NCBI GenBank assembly: GCA_021372415.1
Contig: JAJFUM010000089.1
Coordinates: 30-64,029, forward strand
From: Deltaproteobacteria bacterium
GTDB lineage: Bacteria; Desulfobacterota; Syntrophia; Syntrophales; UBA5619
Reading direction: 5' to 3'
Length of the DNA stretch: 64,000 nucleotides
In this document: positions 10,229 through 18,343 of the stretch, in pieces
Numbering within the stretch: the stretch's first letter is position 1
Layout: every line of letters starts with the position of its first letter
Made by a program: the position numbers and the translations under genes
The notes under the pieces: generated by a model
Told to the model about the DNA's origin: nothing
Seen by the model: the letters and a program-made list of their open reading frames with translations, nothing else
Database searches by the model: none

Positions 10229-10392
10229 AGGGTCCTCACGATGATCGTAACGGTAAAGCCAGGCTGCCCGCACCGCGGGAAGCGAACGTTTTTATTCTAC
10301 CACAGATGCCACAATTGCCACAGGCCTTCCTGGGCAGAGGTGGCATCCTAACCTGAGCCTGAAGCCCTTTGCGTCCCTCCTGTAAAAGGGAT

Positions 10393-10422
10393 TTGACAAG
10401 GGGGATTCGGTCCTTCTATACT
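10393..10422 (+). promoter_or_regulatory. sigma70-like promoter for the DUF748 gene
   Basis: TTGACA, 18-nt spacer, TATACT, about 100 nt upstream of the ATG at 10524. Confidence 0.55.
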
Positions 10423-10523
10423 TTATTAAAGAATCGCCTTTCTCTCCAGGGGATGGATAGGGCTGACCGTTAGCTCGGGGGTCCGTTGTCGGTCCGCCGG
10501 CCGTTGCAAACATCGAGGCGCCC

Positions 10524-13500
10524 ATGTCGAAGCCCAAAAAGTTCGTCCTTATCGCCATCGGCTTCCTGGCCCTTCTGGCCATCTTCATCGCCGCCGTCCT
10601 GCCGGGCCTTGTTAAGGGCAAGGCCGTAGAGCTCCTCTCGGAGACCACGGGACGCCCCGTCCGGATCGAGAAGATCTCCCTCAATCCCCTGACCCTGACG
10701 GCCTCGGTCCAGGGGTTCGCCCTGGAAGAGAAGGGCGGCGGCCCCTTCCTGTCCATCGGCGTCCTGCGCGTCTCGGTCAGTCCCGCGTCGATCTACCGGC
10801 GCGCCCTGGTCCTCTCCGAAGTCACGATCGAATCACCCTCGGTCCGGATCGTCCGCACCGGGCCCGACCGTTTCAACTTCACGGAGATCCTGGAGCGCCA
10901 AAAAAAGAAGGAGGAGAAACCCGAATCCGCCGCCATCTTCCCCCTTGTCCTGAACGGCTTCACCCTGTCGAAGGGCTCGCTGGAACTGGACGACCGGGCC
11001 GTGGCGGGAGGCCGGCAGCACACCCTGAAGAACCTGGAAGTCGCCCTCCCCTGGCTGAGCACCCTCCCCGACGAGTCGGACCGGGAAGCGGCCCCGCAAC
11101 TGTCCGTTCTTGTCAACGGCGCACCCCTGACCCTCGCGGGCAAGGTCAAGCTGTTCCGGAAGGACCCCGAGGGGTCCCTCCGCGTGACGCTCCAGAAGCT
11201 CAGCCTCCCGGAGCTGGCGGTCTATGTCCCCCAGGCCCCGCCTGTGGATCTGGCTTCGGGACGCCTCTCCCTCGATCTGGACCTCCATTACCGTCAGCCC
11301 CTGAAAGAAAAGCCGGAGCTGACCGCCAAGGGCACCGCCCGGGTCGAGGGCATCGTGCTGAACCTGGCCAAGGGGCAGCCTCTGCTTAAATTCTCCTCGC
11401 TGGAGGTCAAGGCCGCCGACGTCTCCCCGCTGGCGGGCCGTTTCGAAATCGACTCGATCGCCCTGGACGATCCGGAACTCTTCGTCCGCCGCGACCGGCG
11501 CGGCGAATGGATGTTCGAGCGGCTTCTCCCGCCCAAGACGGCAAAGCCTGAGGCGGCCGCGGCGCACAGACCGGCCGCCGAGGGTCCCGGCGCGTCCCCG
11601 GTCTTTTCCGTCGCCACTCTGGCACTCCGCAACGGCCGCATCCAATTCCAGGATGATCTCCCGGCGGGCGGATTCAAGGCCTCGGTCGAGCCCATCTCTG
11701 TGTCCCTCAAGGACCTGGACAGCCGCCCGGGCAAAACGGCCCGCTACGACCTGGCCCTCCAGGTGGACCGGGAGGTCCGCCTGGCCTCTACCGGCGAGGT
11801 CATCCTCTCCGGGCCGGCCGCAAAGGCCTCCTTTCAGCTCACGGGACTCCCGCTGCAGAAGGGATGGCCCTATCTGGCCGGCTATCTGACGGCGCCGGTC
11901 AAGGGCCTGCTCGATATCGCCGGAGAAGTCGCCTTCAGCAAAGGGGAAGGCCTCTCCGTCGGGAAGGGTCGCCTGGGCCTCAAGAACCTTGCCACCCGTT
12001 ACGGCGACGGGGAGGGGGTGGATCTTGTGTCTCTGCAGATCGACGACGCGGCCTTCAGCCAGAAAGCCAACCGCCTGGACATCGGCCGGATCGCTCTTTC
12101 CCAGGGGCAGGTCTCCCTCTCCCGCGAGGCCGACGGCCGCCTCTCCGTCGAATCGCTCCTTGTCCGGAAGGAGCAGAACGGGACGCCGGAAAAGGCCGCC
12201 GAAGCCAGGCCCCCAAAGACCGCTCCCTCGCCGGCCAAGCCCGATGCCAAACCCTTCGCCTACCGGATCAAACGGTTCGACCTGGATCGGTTCAACATCG
12301 CCGTCACCGACAAGACCCGTCCGGAGAATCCCCGCTTCACCCTGAAGGAGACGTCGCTGTCCCTGGCCGGCCTGAGCGGCCCGGAGCCTCGCCCGGCCCG
12401 GTTCCGGTTCGCCTCGATCTTTGCCCAGGCGACGCCCATCAGGGCCGCCGGCGAGCTCACCCCTCTGCCCTTCCGCTACCGGGGCGATCTTTCCGTCGGC
12501 GGGCTGCCGCTCCGCGATTTTGATCCCTACCTGCCGGAGAACCTGAACTTCCAGATCCTCGGCGGCCTCCTGGACACGGCCCTGACGCTGGACTTGGCCC
12601 TGGCGGAGGACGGCCCCGCGGGCAGCATCCGCGGAAACATGGGGCTGAGCGCCTTCCACACTGTCGACGGCTCAGAGCAGGACGATCTCCTCAAATGGGA
12701 GAGGCTCCAGGTGGACGCCATCCGATGCGACCTGAAGCCGCTTCAACTGGAGATCGGCCAGGTGTCGCTCAACCATTTCTACTCGCGGATCATCATCCGG
12801 GAGGACGGGACCCTCAACCTTCAGGACCTGGTCAAGAAGCCCAAGCCCGAGGCGGCGGAAAAACCCGGGGCGGGCCGGGAAGGCCAGGCGGCAAGCAGTC
12901 CCGCGAGTCTCGCCGCCGCACCCGCACCCGTGAAGACCGGGGAGGCCCCTGCCGCGGCCCCGCCGGTGATCCGGATCGGGACCGTCACGATCCTGGACGG
13001 GACCGTCGATTTCACCGACAAGCACCTCCCCAACGATTTCGAGACGACCTTCTATAATCTGGGAGGCCGGATCAGCGGCCTCACCTCCGAAGCCTCGCTC
13101 ACGGCCGACGTGGACCTCCGGGGAAACCTGGAGAACCAATCGCCGCTCCAGATCACGGGCCGGATCAACCCCCTCCGGAAGGACCTCTTCGTCGACCTGA
13201 AGATCACCTTCTCGGATATCGACCTCTCGCCGATGAGCCCCTACTCCGAAACCTATCTGGGGTACATCCTGGAGCAGGGCAAGCTCTTCATGGACCTGTC
13301 CTACCACATCGAGAACGGCGAGCTCGCCTCGGAGAACCGGATCCGGGTCGACCAGTTCACCTTCGGGGAGGAGGTGAAGAGTGAGAAAGCCACGAGCCTG
13401 CCGGTCAAGCTCGGGATCGCCCTCCTGAAGGACCGCCGGGGAGAGATCCATCTGGATGTCCCGGTTACCGGCCGGATCGACGACCCCCAGTTCAACATCT

Positions 13501-14168
13501 GGCGGATCGTCTTCCAGGTCCTGAAGAATCTCCTGGTCAAGGCGATCACCGCCCCCTTCTCGCTCCTGTCGTCCCTCTTCGGGGAGGGCAAGGACCTGAG
13601 CGTCGTCGCCTTTGCCCCGGGGAGCGATCGCCTCGATCCCCCGGAGGAGAAGAAACTCGAGGCCCTGGCCAAGGCCCTGAAGGAGCGGCCGGAACTGAAG
13701 ATGTCCCTAACGGCCTACCTGGACCGGGAGAAGGACGCCGAGGCCTACCGAAACGAGCTCCTCACCCGCAAGCTGAAGAAGGAGAAATTCCTGGCCCTGG
13801 CGCGGGCACGGCAGGTCAAGGAGGGCGACAGGGCCGAGTCAGTCACGCTGACCCCCGAGGAGCGGTCGACCTACCTCAAGGCGGTCTACGCCAAGGAGAC
13901 CTTCCCAAAACCGCGCAACATCCTGGGCCTGGTGCGGACGCTGCCCGATCCGGAGATGGAGAAGCTGATCCTGGCCCACACCACGATAGGCGACGAGCAG
14001 TTCCAGGACCTGGCGCGGGAGCGCGCCGCCGCCGTGACGGCCTATCTGGTCGAGAAGGGCCAGGTGCCGCCCGGGCGGATCTTCCAGAAGAAGGACGACT
14101 TCTTCAAGCGTCCTGAGAAAAACGAGATCCCCCAGAGCCGCGTCGAGCTCAACGCGATCGTTCCGTAA
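10524..14168 (+). CDS. large DUF748/AsmA-like envelope protein
   Basis: 1214 aa. N-terminal membrane anchor (FVLIAIGFLALLAIFIAAVLPGL), repetitive beta-rich body, Pro/Ala linkers. Architecture is typical of DUF748 proteins. Confidence 0.65.
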   Translation: MSKPKKFVLIAIGFLALLAIFIAAVLPGLVKGKAVELLSETTGRPVRIEKISLNPLTLTASVQGFALEEKGGGPFLSIGVLRVSVSPASIYRRALVLSEVTIESPSVRIVRTGPDRFNFTEILERQKKKEEKPESAAIFPLVLNGFTLSKGSLELDDRAVAGGRQHTLKNLEVALPWLSTLPDESDREAAPQLSVLVNGAPLTLAGKVKLFRKDPEGSLRVTLQKLSLPELAVYVPQAPPVDLASGRLSLDLDLHYRQPLKEKPELTAKGTARVEGIVLNLAKGQPLLKFSSLEVKAADVSPLAGRFEIDSIALDDPELFVRRDRRGEWMFERLLPPKTAKPEAAAAHRPAAEGPGASPVFSVATLALRNGRIQFQDDLPAGGFKASVEPISVSLKDLDSRPGKTARYDLALQVDREVRLASTGEVILSGPAAKASFQLTGLPLQKGWPYLAGYLTAPVKGLLDIAGEVAFSKGEGLSVGKGRLGLKNLATRYGDGEGVDLVSLQIDDAAFSQKANRLDIGRIALSQGQVSLSREADGRLSVESLLVRKEQNGTPEKAAEARPPKTAPSPAKPDAKPFAYRIKRFDLDRFNIAVTDKTRPENPRFTLKETSLSLAGLSGPEPRPARFRFASIFAQATPIRAAGELTPLPFRYRGDLSVGGLPLRDFDPYLPENLNFQILGGLLDTALTLDLALAEDGPAGSIRGNMGLSAFHTVDGSEQDDLLKWERLQVDAIRCDLKPLQLEIGQVSLNHFYSRIIIREDGTLNLQDLVKKPKPEAAEKPGAGREGQAASSPASLAAAPAPVKTGEAPAAAPPVIRIGTVTILDGTVDFTDKHLPNDFETTFYNLGGRISGLTSEASLTADVDLRGNLENQSPLQITGRINPLRKDLFVDLKITFSDIDLSPMSPYSETYLGYILEQGKLFMDLSYHIENGELASENRIRVDQFTFGEEVKSEKATSLPVKLGIALLKDRRGEIHLDVPVTGRIDDPQFNIWRIVFQVLKNLLVKAITAPFSLLSSLFGEGKDLSVVAFAPGSDRLDPPEEKKLEALAKALKERPELKMSLTAYLDREKDAEAYRNELLTRKLKKEKFLALARARQVKEGDRAESVTLTPEERSTYLKAVYAKETFPKPRNILGLVRTLPDPEMEKLILAHTTIGDEQFQDLARERAAAVTAYLVEKGQVPPGRIFQKKDDFFKRPEKNEIPQSRVELNAIVP

Positions 14169-14174
14169 AGTCCG

Positions 14175-15227
14175 TCAGATCCTCTCCTTGACCACATGCA
14201 GGCGGATCGTAGAGCCGGTAACCCGGCTCCGGCCGGTGTAGAGGAATGCCACGATCCAGAGGACCTCAAAGCAGAGAAGGACCGCAGGGTCCCAGAGGGC
14301 GAGAAGGCCCATCGCCAGGTCCGGCTTCGCATCCCCGGTGAACGGGAAGAGAATCATAATCAGAAAGGCATAGGGAATGGAAAGCAGGGACATGACCTGG
14401 TAGGCCGAGATCCTGCCGCCCCCCCGGAAATCGGCCCGGAGGAACTCGGAAAGGACGCGCCAGAGCTGGGTGACCACGAGGGTTCCGCAGAAGGCGGCGC
14501 GATGGAATCCGCCGAGAAAGGCGTAGCATCCGGCCAATCCGGTGGCCACAAGCAGGACGGCCGTCACTGCCTGAATCGGAACCACCTTTCTGCCGTCGAG
14601 GTGATGGGCGTAAGCGATCTTCTTGGTCTGGCCGGTAAAGACAAAGGCCCATCCGCTGAAAATTCTTCTGACAAGGGGTGGGCAAGCCGACAGGGGTTTG
14701 CCGTAGCAGCATCCAAAGCTGATGCAGGCGAGCCTGCCGGTCCCCTCACCGAAGGCAAAGGCGATCGACAGGGCCGCCAGGAGACCCATCACGGAAGCGT
14801 CGAACCCCATCTGTTTCCCCAAAACATCCTGGATGTACTGAAACGTCCAAGGCGCGGCCAGAAGTCCCATGAAGGAGGCGCCGCCCACCGTGAAGGTGTT
14901 GGCCTTGCCCTCGATCCACAGCGCGATCAGCCCCGAGGCGGGCATGCAGATCACCAGAACAGCCGCCGAAAGGATCAGGATTGCGCCGGCCGGAACGGAG
15001 ATGGAACCGGCCAGAATGAAGAAGACCATGGCGGCCAGGAGATAGGCGGTCGCGTTGAACAGACCGTAATAGGTCAGGTTCAGGCCCTTCCAGGCACCGT
15101 CGGACCCCCTTTCTCCCAAGACGCAACCGATCACCTGCCATCTCTCTTTCGGCAGAACCCTGAATCCCCACACAAAGAGAACCGCAAGGACGACACCCAG
15201 GCTAAGGATGAAAATCTCAGGCAGCAT
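14175..15227 (-). CDS. prolipoprotein diacylglyceryl transferase (Lgt)-family membrane protein, divergent
   Basis: About 8 TM segments. 'GRLACISFGCCYGKP' resembles the Lgt 'GR.gnf.ng...G' region. Last gene of the Pho-box-preceded psd/dksA-like operon. Confidence 0.5.
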   Translation of the reverse strand: MLPEIFILSLGVVLAVLFVWGFRVLPKERWQVIGCVLGERGSDGAWKGLNLTYYGLFNATAYLLAAMVFFILAGSISVPAGAILILSAAVLVICMPASGLIALWIEGKANTFTVGGASFMGLLAAPWTFQYIQDVLGKQMGFDASVMGLLAALSIAFAFGEGTGRLACISFGCCYGKPLSACPPLVRRIFSGWAFVFTGQTKKIAYAHHLDGRKVVPIQAVTAVLLVATGLAGCYAFLGGFHRAAFCGTLVVTQLWRVLSEFLRADFRGGGRISAYQVMSLLSIPYAFLIMILFPFTGDAKPDLAMGLLALWDPAVLLCFEVLWIVAFLYTGRSRVTGSTIRLHVVKERI

Positions 15228-15639
15228 AATCTTCCGATACCGTGTAAGGAGGGATGCAGTGCCCTCTGTGATTTCGATGAATTTCCATCTTTGCCTTGCA
15301 GGACGTGCAGAGACGGCTCATGGGCGCAAGCAGAAGCCGTTTCGGGCTTATGGCCTCGCCGCATCGGACGCAAAGGCCGAACTGGCCATGATCGATGCGC
15401 AGGACCGTCTCCTGGATTTCCTGGATTTGTTTGCGTTCCCTCTCGCGGATTGCCAGCTCCACAGCCCTGTCGTGCTCTACGGCCGCCTGGTCCATAAAAT
15501 CAGCCAAGTTCCCCGCTTCGCCTTTGATCCGGCCGGCGGTCCGGTCCGCCGCGATCTGCAGATGCTCCATCTGAAGCAGGAGCTGCCTCCTGATGTTTGC
15601 CATCAACTTTTGTTGGACCATCTTGACCCCCTTTCCCAT
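15217..15639 (-). CDS. DksA/TraR-family C4 zinc-finger protein
   Basis: Coiled-coil N-terminus plus 'CVRCGEAISPKRLLLAPMSRLCTSC' four-Cys finger. Start ambiguous (15639 or 15621). Confidence 0.75.
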   Translation of the reverse strand: MGKGVKMVQQKLMANIRRQLLLQMEHLQIAADRTAGRIKGEAGNLADFMDQAAVEHDRAVELAIRERERKQIQEIQETVLRIDHGQFGLCVRCGEAISPKRLLLAPMSRLCTSCKAKMEIHRNHRGHCIPPYTVSEDYAA

Positions 15640-15646
15640 GACTCGC

Positions 15647-16663
15647 TCAATTGGTCAGGCCCCTCCGGTTCGAGCTGGCGATCAGGGATCGGACCTTGAC
15701 ATCCGACTCCACGAGGGGTTGACCGAAACCCCTGCTGAAGACGCTCTGCACCCCGGGATAGGCCATGTTGGCTGCAATATCCTCGGCAAAACGGATCCGG
15801 GCCTTCTGAAAGACGAGGACAACGGTACTGCTTCCAGGCCTGAAAAGGCTCTTGGGCATCCCCCGCTTGAGAAACAGCCCTACGCCGACCGGCGCGGGGT
15901 CGTTGTACTTCCTCTCGCTGTAGCACTGGACAATGTCGCCGATCATGAGGGCCACGACCTCGATCATAGCCACCAGGCCGACCAGGGTCCCGCCAGGGAC
16001 ATCCGTGTCAATGACGGTCACCACCCGTTTGTTCTTGGAGTAGGGTGTCGCCACCGAGACCACGGCGTTGGGGTTACAGGCGTGGTACAGGCCGGGGACC
16101 TGATAAAAATCGACAACCTTGCCGGCCACGGGGGCGTGATTGTAATGGTATTTATCCGGCGTCAGCCGAAAAACGGCGAAATCACCTTCCCGAAATGCCG
16201 TGAGCCAGTTGCCCTTGTTGAATCCGAACAACTCGTCGTAGTCGAAGAACTTCCCTTTGATGAAGAGGCTGGACGTGTCGCAGAAGGAGCCACAGAGCAT
16301 CTTGGCGTCCGAGGGCGAGACGATCACGTGGGGATCGTTCGGCATGGGGCGGCATTCCCAGTAACGGATCTTCCTTTCAAAGATCCGCTGGAGGGTGTCC
16401 AGACGCGCCGGGGAATCGAGACACTCCCGCAGGTCGATGCCCAGGGTCTTGCAAAGCCCCAAACGGCCGGCGATTCTCTTGGAGAACATCCCACCGTAGC
16501 TCAGGTCTCCCAGAAGACCAGAGGCGCGGGCACTGATCAGTTTTTTGAAGAGCCAGGGCGACCACTCCCGGACCCCCGAATAGAGAAAACGGATGGCCGC
16601 ATCTCCGAGCAGCTGTTCGGTTTGTACCCTGCGGCTCTCCCGGTCGATATGCTGGTGCTGCAT
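15647..16663 (-). CDS. psd: phosphatidylserine decarboxylase-family proenzyme
   Basis: 'FRLTPDKYHYNHAPVAG', 'FRPGSSTVVLVF' (G-S self-cleavage region). AGGAGG RBS before the ATG. Confidence 0.8.
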   Translation of the reverse strand: MQHQHIDRESRRVQTEQLLGDAAIRFLYSGVREWSPWLFKKLISARASGLLGDLSYGGMFSKRIAGRLGLCKTLGIDLRECLDSPARLDTLQRIFERKIRYWECRPMPNDPHVIVSPSDAKMLCGSFCDTSSLFIKGKFFDYDELFGFNKGNWLTAFREGDFAVFRLTPDKYHYNHAPVAGKVVDFYQVPGLYHACNPNAVVSVATPYSKNKRVVTVIDTDVPGGTLVGLVAMIEVVALMIGDIVQCYSERKYNDPAPVGVGLFLKRGMPKSLFRPGSSTVVLVFQKARIRFAEDIAANMAYPGVQSVFSRGFGQPLVESDVKVRSLIASSNRRGLTN

Positions 16664-16702
16664 GACTTTACCTCCTGTTCGATGGAATCCTAACAGGGGA
16701 CT

Positions 16703-16741
16703 GTGAAGCCATGATGACCGATCTATGAAGATTGGATGAAA
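16703..16741 (-). promoter_or_regulatory. Pho-box array (4 phased repeats) plus -10 TAGGAT (16687-16692) upstream of psd
   Basis: Gene-sense strand: TTCAT-n6-TTCAT-n6-GTCAT-n6-TTCAC-n10-TAGGAT. All four TCA cores sit exactly 11 bp apart. This is the cleanest copy in the window. Confidence 0.65.
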
Positions 16742-16760
16742 CGATGCCGCAAGGGCATCG
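16742..16760 (-). terminator. hairpin after arsC (possible weak intrinsic terminator)
   Basis: CGATGCC-CTTGC-GGCATCG followed by TTTCAT on the minus strand. It directly abuts the psd Pho boxes. Confidence 0.4.
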
Positions 16761-16798
16761 GAAAGAAATGTCCAGTAGAGAAACAGGGAAGTTCATGG

Positions 16799-17230
16799 TT
16801 AAAGACCGAGGAAGGCCCCCCATTTTCTGACCGCGGTCCCGATGTCGCCCCTGATCCTTCTCATGGCGTTCATCCTGTCTTCCAGTGTGACGCCCAGGAG
16901 CTCCGGGTCGGGGAAGCTCCAGTGGAGGCAATTGGCGTTCCCCGAAAAGAAAGGGCGATGCTCACCGGAAGCTTCATCGCAGACGGTAATGATCCACGAA
17001 AAGGCTTCTCCTGCTTTCAGAAAATCCTGGACTTTCTTTGTTCTGCTTTGAGAGATGTCGATCCCGACTTCGTCCATCGCCGTGACGACCAGTGGGTTTA
17101 AGTCCCCGGGTTCGAGCCCGGCGCTTTTTGCCTCGAACCGGTCTCCGTAGAGGGCATTCAGCCAGCCTTCCGCCATTTGAGAGCGGGCGCTGTTGTGGGT
17201 ACAGATGAACAGGACCTTTCGCTTTTTCAT
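16799..17230 (-). CDS. arsC: LMW-PTP-fold arsenate reductase / protein-tyrosine phosphatase family protein
   Basis: 'VLFICTHNSARSQMAEGW' CX5R(S) P-loop and 'VCDEA' second Cys. The third Cys of the thioredoxin-coupled type is not obvious, so substrate is uncertain. Confidence 0.75.
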   Translation of the reverse strand: MKKRKVLFICTHNSARSQMAEGWLNALYGDRFEAKSAGLEPGDLNPLVVTAMDEVGIDISQSRTKKVQDFLKAGEAFSWIITVCDEASGEHRPFFSGNANCLHWSFPDPELLGVTLEDRMNAMRRIRGDIGTAVRKWGAFLGL

Positions 17231-17259
17231 CGCTTCGCTCCGAAAATGGACCCGTTAAA

Positions 17260-17291
17260 CAGAGACAGGCCTCAGCGAGGCCCTGTCTCTG
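17260..17291 (-). terminator. strong hairpin between pstS-1 and arsC (terminator or attenuator)
   Basis: Minus strand: CAGAGACAGGGCC-loop-GGCCTGTCTCTG then TTTAAC. A second 7-bp hairpin lies at about 17294-17313. Only about 30 nt separate it from the arsC ATG, so partial read-through is plausible. Confidence 0.5.
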
Positions 17292-17334
17292 CACCGTGTC
17301 CTAGCCGACACGGGGGCGACTGCCGATGCCTCTT

Positions 17335-18156
17335 TTACTTCTTCGGCAGGGGAACGAACCCTTCTTTCTTGACCAATGCCTGGCCCGCCGCACTCAGGAC
17401 GAACTGGATATATTTGGCCGTCTCGCCTTTGGGCTCTCCGTTGGTGTACATGTAGAGGAACCGGGAGACCGGATACTCCTTGGAAAGGGCCGTCTTCTCG
17501 CTGGCCTTGACCCCGTTGACCGACAGGCCTTTCACTGTCTTGTCCAGGTACCCCAAGCCGATGTAGCCCAAGGCGTATTTGTTCTTCGACACGGCCTGGA
17601 CAATGGCCCCGTTGGAGGCCTGCAGCTGCGCACGAGGCGTAACCTTGGCCCCTTTCAGGACCAACTCGCCCCAGGCCTCGAAGGTCCCGGAGCTGCTGTC
17701 CCTGGAGATCACCACGATGTCGAGGTCCTCACCGCCTACTTCCTTCCAGTTGGTGATCTTCCCCTGGTAGATCTGGTTCAGTTGGTCGAGGCTGAGATTT
17801 TTTACCGAGTTCTTGGGATTGACGATCGGGACGATCGCATCAATCGCCACCACCGTTTCCATGGGATTCACCCCTTTGGAGTTGGCCAACTCCGATTCCG
17901 TCTTCTTGATCTCCCGGGATGAATTGGCGATATCCGTCGAGCCATCGATCAGGGCCTTGATCCCCTCGCCCGATCCCCCGCCGGACAGGGAGATCTTCGC
18001 CCCCGGATTCGCCTTCATGAAGGCCTCCAGGGTCGCCTGGGCAATGGGCAGGACCGTCGTCGAACCTTTGATCACGACATTGTCCGCAATGGCTGCTCCG
18101 GCACCGAACACCCAAAGTGCCGCAACCAGCGCCAACTGTTTGAAAAATCTTTTCAT
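17335..18156 (-). CDS. pstS: phosphate ABC transporter substrate-binding protein PstS (orphan copy)
   Basis: Signal peptide plus 'IKGSTTVLPIAQ...ISLSGGGSGEGIKALIDG'. Close paralog of 48672..49496. Confidence 0.9.
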   Translation of the reverse strand: MKRFFKQLALVAALWVFGAGAAIADNVVIKGSTTVLPIAQATLEAFMKANPGAKISLSGGGSGEGIKALIDGSTDIANSSREIKKTESELANSKGVNPMETVVAIDAIVPIVNPKNSVKNLSLDQLNQIYQGKITNWKEVGGEDLDIVVISRDSSSGTFEAWGELVLKGAKVTPRAQLQASNGAIVQAVSKNKYALGYIGLGYLDKTVKGLSVNGVKASEKTALSKEYPVSRFLYMYTNGEPKGETAKYIQFVLSAAGQALVKKEGFVPLPKK

Positions 18157-18198
18157 GGATTATCCTCCTCATTTGTTTTGGCGAAAATATAGGGGATC

Positions 18199-18239
18199 AT
18201 TGTTACAGGATGATGACGGATCCATGAATCTTCCGTAAA
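18199..18239 (-). promoter_or_regulatory. Pho-box array plus -10 TATATT upstream of pstS-1
   Basis: Gene-sense: TTTAC-n6-TTCAT-n6-GTCAT-n6-GTAAC-n10-TATATT. Near-identical layout to the pstS-2 promoter. Confidence 0.65.
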
Positions 18240-18264
18240 CGAAGAATGCTTCCCGGACCGGCCC

Positions 18265-18305
18265 GCTTCATCAAGAATTCACGCTCCCTACATCACGCTG
18301 CAACA
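18265..18305 (+). promoter_or_regulatory. Pho-box-like array upstream of phoA-family gene
   Basis: TTCAT-n6-TTCAC-n6-TACAT-n6-GCAAC, then TAGGCT at the same +14 offset from the last core as in the other promoters. Confidence 0.5.
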
Positions 18306-18343
18306 ACATGAACTTAGGCTCTCTCAAAAACAAAGGAGACGCT

